From NCBI GenBank assembly GCA_040386535.1, contig JAZKFH010000017.1, forward strand, positions 73,113 through 137,112: a stretch of 64,000 nucleotides of DNA. The letters run 5' to 3'. This DNA comes from Myxococcota bacterium (GTDB lineage: Bacteria > Myxococcota_A > UBA796 > SXON01). Made by a program: the position numbers and the translations under genes. The notes under the pieces are model-generated. The model was not told where the DNA came from. It saw only the letters and a list, made by a program, of their open reading frames with translations, and did not search any database. Positions 59,595 to 64,000 of this stretch are shown piece by piece (the first letter of the stretch is position 1; each line of letters begins with the position of its first letter).

Positions 59595-60974
59595 ATGTCT
59601 CTCCTGCTCCTCCTCGGCCTCGCGTGCTCCTCCGGTGACGACACCGGCGCCACCCCCACCGACGACACCGGCGTCGCCGACGACACCGACGACACCGACG
59701 ACACCGACGACACCGACGACACCGACGACACCGACGATGCAGACGGCGATGGCTCCTTGGCTGGCGTGGACTGCGACGACGCCGACGCGGCCGTGCACCC
59801 AGGGGCGACCGAGACCTGCGACCAGGTCGACCAGGACTGCGATGGGCTGGTGGACGAGGGCTTCGCCAGCGTGGCCTTCCTCTCGGACCTCGTGAACAAC
59901 GGCGCGCCCGCGACCGGCGGCTCCTGGTATGGCTACGACGTGGACGACAACCATGTCCTCCTGGGCGGTGACCCCGACGAGGACGGCGTGCTCGACAGCT
60001 ACCAACGTTACACGTGGGTCGACGGACGCTTCGCGGGGGAGCAGTGGTCGTCCGACGGCGTGAACGTGAGCTACCGCGTCGAGTACGACCGGGACGCGGA
60101 CGGCGTGATCACCGAGGCCCGCGTGGACGCCGAGGGAGACGGCGACTGGGACTGGGCCTACGGCTACACCTACGTGGGCGGTCGGTACGCCGGCTACTGG
60201 TACGACCACGGCTACGACGGGGTGTACGAGGTGGAGCAGCGCCAGGAGTTCGACGCCGACGGCAACGTCGAGCACTACTGGTCCGATGAGGACGGCGACG
60301 GCGCGCCCGAGACCGAGACCTGGTACACCTACGACGGCGACAGGCTCGTGGCCTACTCCAGTGACGCCGACGGCGACGGCGTCTTCGAGACCAGCAGCGC
60401 GCTCACGTGGGACGGGGAGCGTGTCCTGGAGGAGGTGGTGAGCGGGGGCGCCTACCCGTCCCGGCGCACGTACACCTACGTCGATGCCGACGACCTGTAC
60501 GACGTCGTGGACCTGGACGTCGGCGACGACGGCGACGTGGACTGGCGCTACACCTACGTCTGGGACGGCGCGCTGGCCCTCGAGCAGACCTACGACGAAT
60601 TCGCCGACGGTGTCTCGGTGCAGTCCTACACCTACACCTACGACGAGGAGGGGCGCACGACCTACGCCACCTCGGCGCTCGACGGCACCTACACCACCTT
60701 CACCGAGTGGGAGTGGCAGGAGTCGGGCGTGCTGGCGTACCGCTACGACGTCGACGCCGACGGCGTTTGGGACATGGTCACGCTCTACAACGCGCGCGGC
60801 ACCATGATGTCCGAGTCCGTGGACGCCGCGGGGGACGGCGTGATCGACTCGGTCCGCACCCTGGACGTCGACGCGCGCACGCGCCGCATCGGCGCGACGA
60901 CCGATACGCTCGGGGACGGGACGCTCGAATACGAACAGTCGGCGCTCGACGGGTACGCCTGCGGCGCGCTGTGA
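59595..60974 (+). CDS. acidic surface lipoprotein with a DDT linker, one MopE-like motif and DxDGDG/YTYD repeats
   Basis: LLGLAC; DCDDADAAVHPGATETCDQVDQDCDGLVDEG; repeated D.DGDG....YTY. Confidence 0.85.
   Translation: MSLLLLLGLACSSGDDTGATPTDDTGVADDTDDTDDTDDTDDTDDTDDADGDGSLAGVDCDDADAAVHPGATETCDQVDQDCDGLVDEGFASVAFLSDLVNNGAPATGGSWYGYDVDDNHVLLGGDPDEDGVLDSYQRYTWVDGRFAGEQWSSDGVNVSYRVEYDRDADGVITEARVDAEGDGDWDWAYGYTYVGGRYAGYWYDHGYDGVYEVEQRQEFDADGNVEHYWSDEDGDGAPETETWYTYDGDRLVAYSSDADGDGVFETSSALTWDGERVLEEVVSGGAYPSRRTYTYVDADDLYDVVDLDVGDDGDVDWRYTYVWDGALALEQTYDEFADGVSVQSYTYTYDEEGRTTYATSALDGTYTTFTEWEWQESGVLAYRYDVDADGVWDMVTLYNARGTMMSESVDAAGDGVIDSVRTLDVDARTRRIGATTDTLGDGTLEYEQSALDGYACGAL
59679..59738 (+). repeat. 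9-bp coding tandem repeat GACGACACC (DDT)
   Basis: About 6.5 units. Confidence 0.9.
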
Positions 60975-61045
60975 CCACCGCCGGGTGGTAGACTCGCCCC
61001 CGCAGCGCACCGCCGGCGTCCCGTCGTGCCGCCTCGGAGCCGCCC

Positions 61046-63739
61046 ATGTCCTCGTCCCTGCTCGCCCTGGCCCTCCTCGCCTGCCGACACCCCACGCCGG
61101 CCCCGGTCGACACCCCTCTCGTCGGCGTAGACCCCACCGTGCGTGCCGCCGAGGACGAGGCCCGCGCCGGCGCGATTGCCGTCGGGGGCGAGGCCGCGCT
61201 GTTCGGCGGTGTCACGGCCGAGGGCCGCGCGGGCGACGTGAAGCTCTACAACCACCTCGTCCAGGTGGTGATCCAGGGCGCGTACGAGGGCAACGGGTAC
61301 GTCGACAGCGGGGGCGGCATCATCGACCTCGATCTGGTGCGCGAACCAGGCACGCTCGGGCGGGATCTGGTCGAGGACCTGTTCCTGAGCTTCGATCTCT
61401 CCCGGCTCTCCCACGCCACGTCGGTCGAGATCCTGGCCGACGGCAGCGACGGCGGCCCGGCCATCGTGCAGTCCCGCGGCACCGACGTGCCCTGGAAGTT
61501 CATCCAGGGCCTGTTCGAGCGCGACGAGCCGGTGGTCGACGACCTGCACCTGGACATCGTGACGACCTACACGTTGGCGCCCGACGCCTACGCGCTCTCC
61601 GTCGTCACCACGCTCACGAACACCGGCGACGAAGCGGTCTCGTTCACGCCCCAGGCGGGCAGCCTCGCCTCGGCCGAGGATCTGCTGCCCTGGGGCCCGG
61701 GCGTGGGCTTCGAAGGGCCCGCCTCGGGGGCGATCGACGCGGCGATCTTCACCGGGCGCCAGGGCGAGGCCACCTTCTCCACGTGGGCGGAGGGCGGCCT
61801 CTCGATCACCGCGCTCGCCGCCCTCGCGGGAGACCTGGGCATCTTCCTGGCGGATCATCCCCGGGTGGAGCTGGCGCCGGGCGCGACCACGACCCTCTCC
61901 CGCACCCTCGCGATCACGCCGGATACGGCCACGGCCGAGGGGATGCGCCGCGCGGCCTCGGGCGAGCCGCTCGCGACCGCCGGCGGCACCGTCCGGACGA
62001 ACGGGGTGGGTGTCCCCGGGGTGCGCGTGCACCTCGTGGACGCGGAGGAGAAGGTCGCCGGCTTCGTGATGACCGACAGCGAGGGCGCCTGGGCAGCGGA
62101 GCTCCCGCTCGGCGAGTGGACGGCCTACGCCATCGCCGCGTCGGGCGACGAGATCGTGCCGCTCCCCGCCGGTGCCGGCCGCTACGGCCCCTTCGCCGCG
62201 GAGGCCGTCAACCAGGGGCAGCTCGACGTGCTCGCCGGGGTCGCTTCCGCCACGCCGCTCCCCTACGCGACCGGCCGGGCGACACCGCCGCCCACGGCGT
62301 TCTCGTTGGCGGCGACCGGGGCCACCGTCGACCTGGACCTGCCGCCCGCCGGCGGCTTGCGGGTCGACCTGGTCGATGGCGCGGGCGTGCCCCTGCCCGG
62401 CGTGATCGACCTGGGCTGGGCCGCGGGAGCGCCGCCGACGAGCGCCGTCCCCGAGGGCCTCCGGGGCCCGCTGGGCGTCTCGTCGTCCAGCCGAGCGGCG
62501 TGGGCGTGGACCGCCACCGGAACGCTCGAGATCGACGCCGTCCCCGGCGTCTACACCCTGTCCGCCGGCCACTCCTGGCGACACGGCCGCGCCTCGGACG
62601 CCGAAGTCGAGGTCATCGGCGGCGAGGTGGCCACCGTGCGCCTCGTCCTCGACGAGGTGGTGCCTCGCGACGGCTGGTTGGCCGTCGATCCACACCTGCA
62701 CGGCGCGCCCAGCTTCGACGGCGCCCTCTCCATGGAGGACCGGCTCGTGACGTGCGCCGCCACGGGCGTCGATCTGCCCGTGACCACCGACCACGACGCG
62801 ATCACCGACTACCGCAGCCTCGCCTCCGCCCTCGGCCTGGACGCTCGCCTGCGCGTCGTGCCCGGAACGGAGGTCACCACCCTCGCGCGCGGCCACTTCA
62901 ACCTCTACCCGCTCGACCCGGCCCCGCTCGCGTCTGCCAACGGCGGCGCTGAGCCCTGGTGGGACACCCCGGTGGACACCCAGGAATTGTTCGACCGCAT
63001 GCGGCGCGTGGTCGGCCCCGAGGGCGTGATCCAGGTCAACCACCCACGCACGCCGGGCATGTTCACGGCCGGTGACTTCCAACCCGCGACCGGCACGCCC
63101 GGCGTCCCGGACCACTGGTCCTGGGACTTCCAGACGTTCGAGCTGCTCAACGGCGGCGTGGACGATCTGGCGGACATGCGGGCGGATTGGTTCGCGATGC
63201 TCGATTTCGGCAGGGTGCGCGTGCCCACCGGCGCCTCGGACAGCCACTATCGCTACATCCCGTGCGGCCTGTCCCGCACGGACGTGTTCCTCGACACCAC
63301 GGATGTCGGCACGGTCAGCATCGAGGATGTGCGGGACGCGCTGCTGGCCGGGCACGTCGTCGTCGCATCGGGCACCACGTTGCGCGCGACGGTCACCGGA
63401 ACCGGCGAGCCCGCGCTGCCCGGTGACACGCTGGTCGGCGAGACCATCACGGTCCGAGCGACGGTGAGGGCGCCCGATTGGATCCAACCGGGCACGTTGC
63501 GTGTGTACGTGGGTGGGGAGATCGCGATCGAAGAGGCGATGCCCGCCGTTGCCACGAACGGGGTGTGGCTCGAGGGAAGTTGGACAGTGAACGTGCCCGC
63601 GGACACCTGGGTGGTGGTCGAAGTGGCCGGGACGACCAGCCTGGGCGCCACCTGGCGCAACGCCACGCCCTACGCCGCCACCAACGCCTTCTTCGTGGAC
63701 GTTGCGGGGGATGGCTGGACGTCGCCGCGGAGCTTGTAG
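61046..63739 (+). CDS. CehA/McbA-family (PHP-like) metallohydrolase lipoprotein
   Basis: LLAC; DPHLHG, TTDHD, GTEVT..GHFN, QVNHPR, GASDSH. Confidence 0.85.
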   Translation: MSSSLLALALLACRHPTPAPVDTPLVGVDPTVRAAEDEARAGAIAVGGEAALFGGVTAEGRAGDVKLYNHLVQVVIQGAYEGNGYVDSGGGIIDLDLVREPGTLGRDLVEDLFLSFDLSRLSHATSVEILADGSDGGPAIVQSRGTDVPWKFIQGLFERDEPVVDDLHLDIVTTYTLAPDAYALSVVTTLTNTGDEAVSFTPQAGSLASAEDLLPWGPGVGFEGPASGAIDAAIFTGRQGEATFSTWAEGGLSITALAALAGDLGIFLADHPRVELAPGATTTLSRTLAITPDTATAEGMRRAASGEPLATAGGTVRTNGVGVPGVRVHLVDAEEKVAGFVMTDSEGAWAAELPLGEWTAYAIAASGDEIVPLPAGAGRYGPFAAEAVNQGQLDVLAGVASATPLPYATGRATPPPTAFSLAATGATVDLDLPPAGGLRVDLVDGAGVPLPGVIDLGWAAGAPPTSAVPEGLRGPLGVSSSSRAAWAWTATGTLEIDAVPGVYTLSAGHSWRHGRASDAEVEVIGGEVATVRLVLDEVVPRDGWLAVDPHLHGAPSFDGALSMEDRLVTCAATGVDLPVTTDHDAITDYRSLASALGLDARLRVVPGTEVTTLARGHFNLYPLDPAPLASANGGAEPWWDTPVDTQELFDRMRRVVGPEGVIQVNHPRTPGMFTAGDFQPATGTPGVPDHWSWDFQTFELLNGGVDDLADMRADWFAMLDFGRVRVPTGASDSHYRYIPCGLSRTDVFLDTTDVGTVSIEDVRDALLAGHVVVASGTTLRATVTGTGEPALPGDTLVGETITVRATVRAPDWIQPGTLRVYVGGEIAIEEAMPAVATNGVWLEGSWTVNVPADTWVVVEVAGTTSLGATWRNATPYAATNAFFVDVAGDGWTSPRSL

Positions 63740-63773
63740 GCCGTGCGACGGTACAGGACCATCCCTGCACCGC

Positions 63774-64000
63774 CTACCCGCGGCGCCGGCGGCGGCTGAG
63801 GGCCGCCAACAGCGCGCCCGCGCCGAAGAGGTTGGTCGCTCCGCCGCCGGCGTCACAGCCGCACTCCCCGTCATCGGCGATCGGGTCGGCACCGGTGTCG
63901 ATGTCCGTGTCGGTGTCCGTATCGGTGTCGGTATCGGCGTCAGTATCCGTATCAGTGTCCGTATCGGTATCGGTATCGGTGTCCGTATCGGTATCCGTAT
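63774..64000 (-). CDS. 3' end of a MYXO-CTERM-like surface protein with a DT linker (partial)
   Basis: Manual translation gives ...DTDTDIDTGADPIADDGECGCDAGGGATNLFGAGALLAALSRRRRRG*. Confidence 0.8.
   Translation of the reverse strand, partial: TDTDTDTDTDTDTDTDTDTDADTDTDTDTDTDIDTGADPIADDGECGCDAGGGATNLFGAGALLAALSRRRRRG

Overview
High-GC bacterial window. MYXO-CTERM-like sorting tails, lipoproteins with (Asp-Thr)n linkers and MopE-like repeats suggest a Myxococcota-like deltaproteobacterium; this is an inference. The left 25 kb is a minus-strand flagellar cluster: flhA-fliA-flgF-flgG-flgA-flgH-motA-motB, an accessory insertion, then flgI-flgJ(M23)-flgM-flgN-flgK-flgL-fliC-fliC-fliD-fliS-fliT-orf-TPR-flgB-flgC-fliE. 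Several units have sigma28-type promoters, two of them apparently leaderless. The insertion carries a PIN toxin broken by a 59-bp tandem duplication. A REC-GGDEF / STAS-like / hybrid kinase operon runs divergently from flhA. The middle holds an MBOAT-SGNH pair, housekeeping genes, surface lipoproteins (CotH, DUF3494 ice-binding, beta-helix, a large lipoprotein with a barrel-like end) and a decayed region with recombinase-like and P-type ATPase remnants. The most notable locus is a five-gene operon at 53.8-59.4 kb: a cytidylyltransferase fused to a ParB-fold SbnI/SerK-like kinase, a SAM methyltransferase, a TagF-like transferase, a YidC paralogue lacking the conserved Arg, and an LtaS/EptA-like membrane transferase. 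It looks like a self-contained pathway to make, activate and attach an unknown phospho-headgroup to the cell surface. No rRNA, tRNA or CRISPR array was seen.
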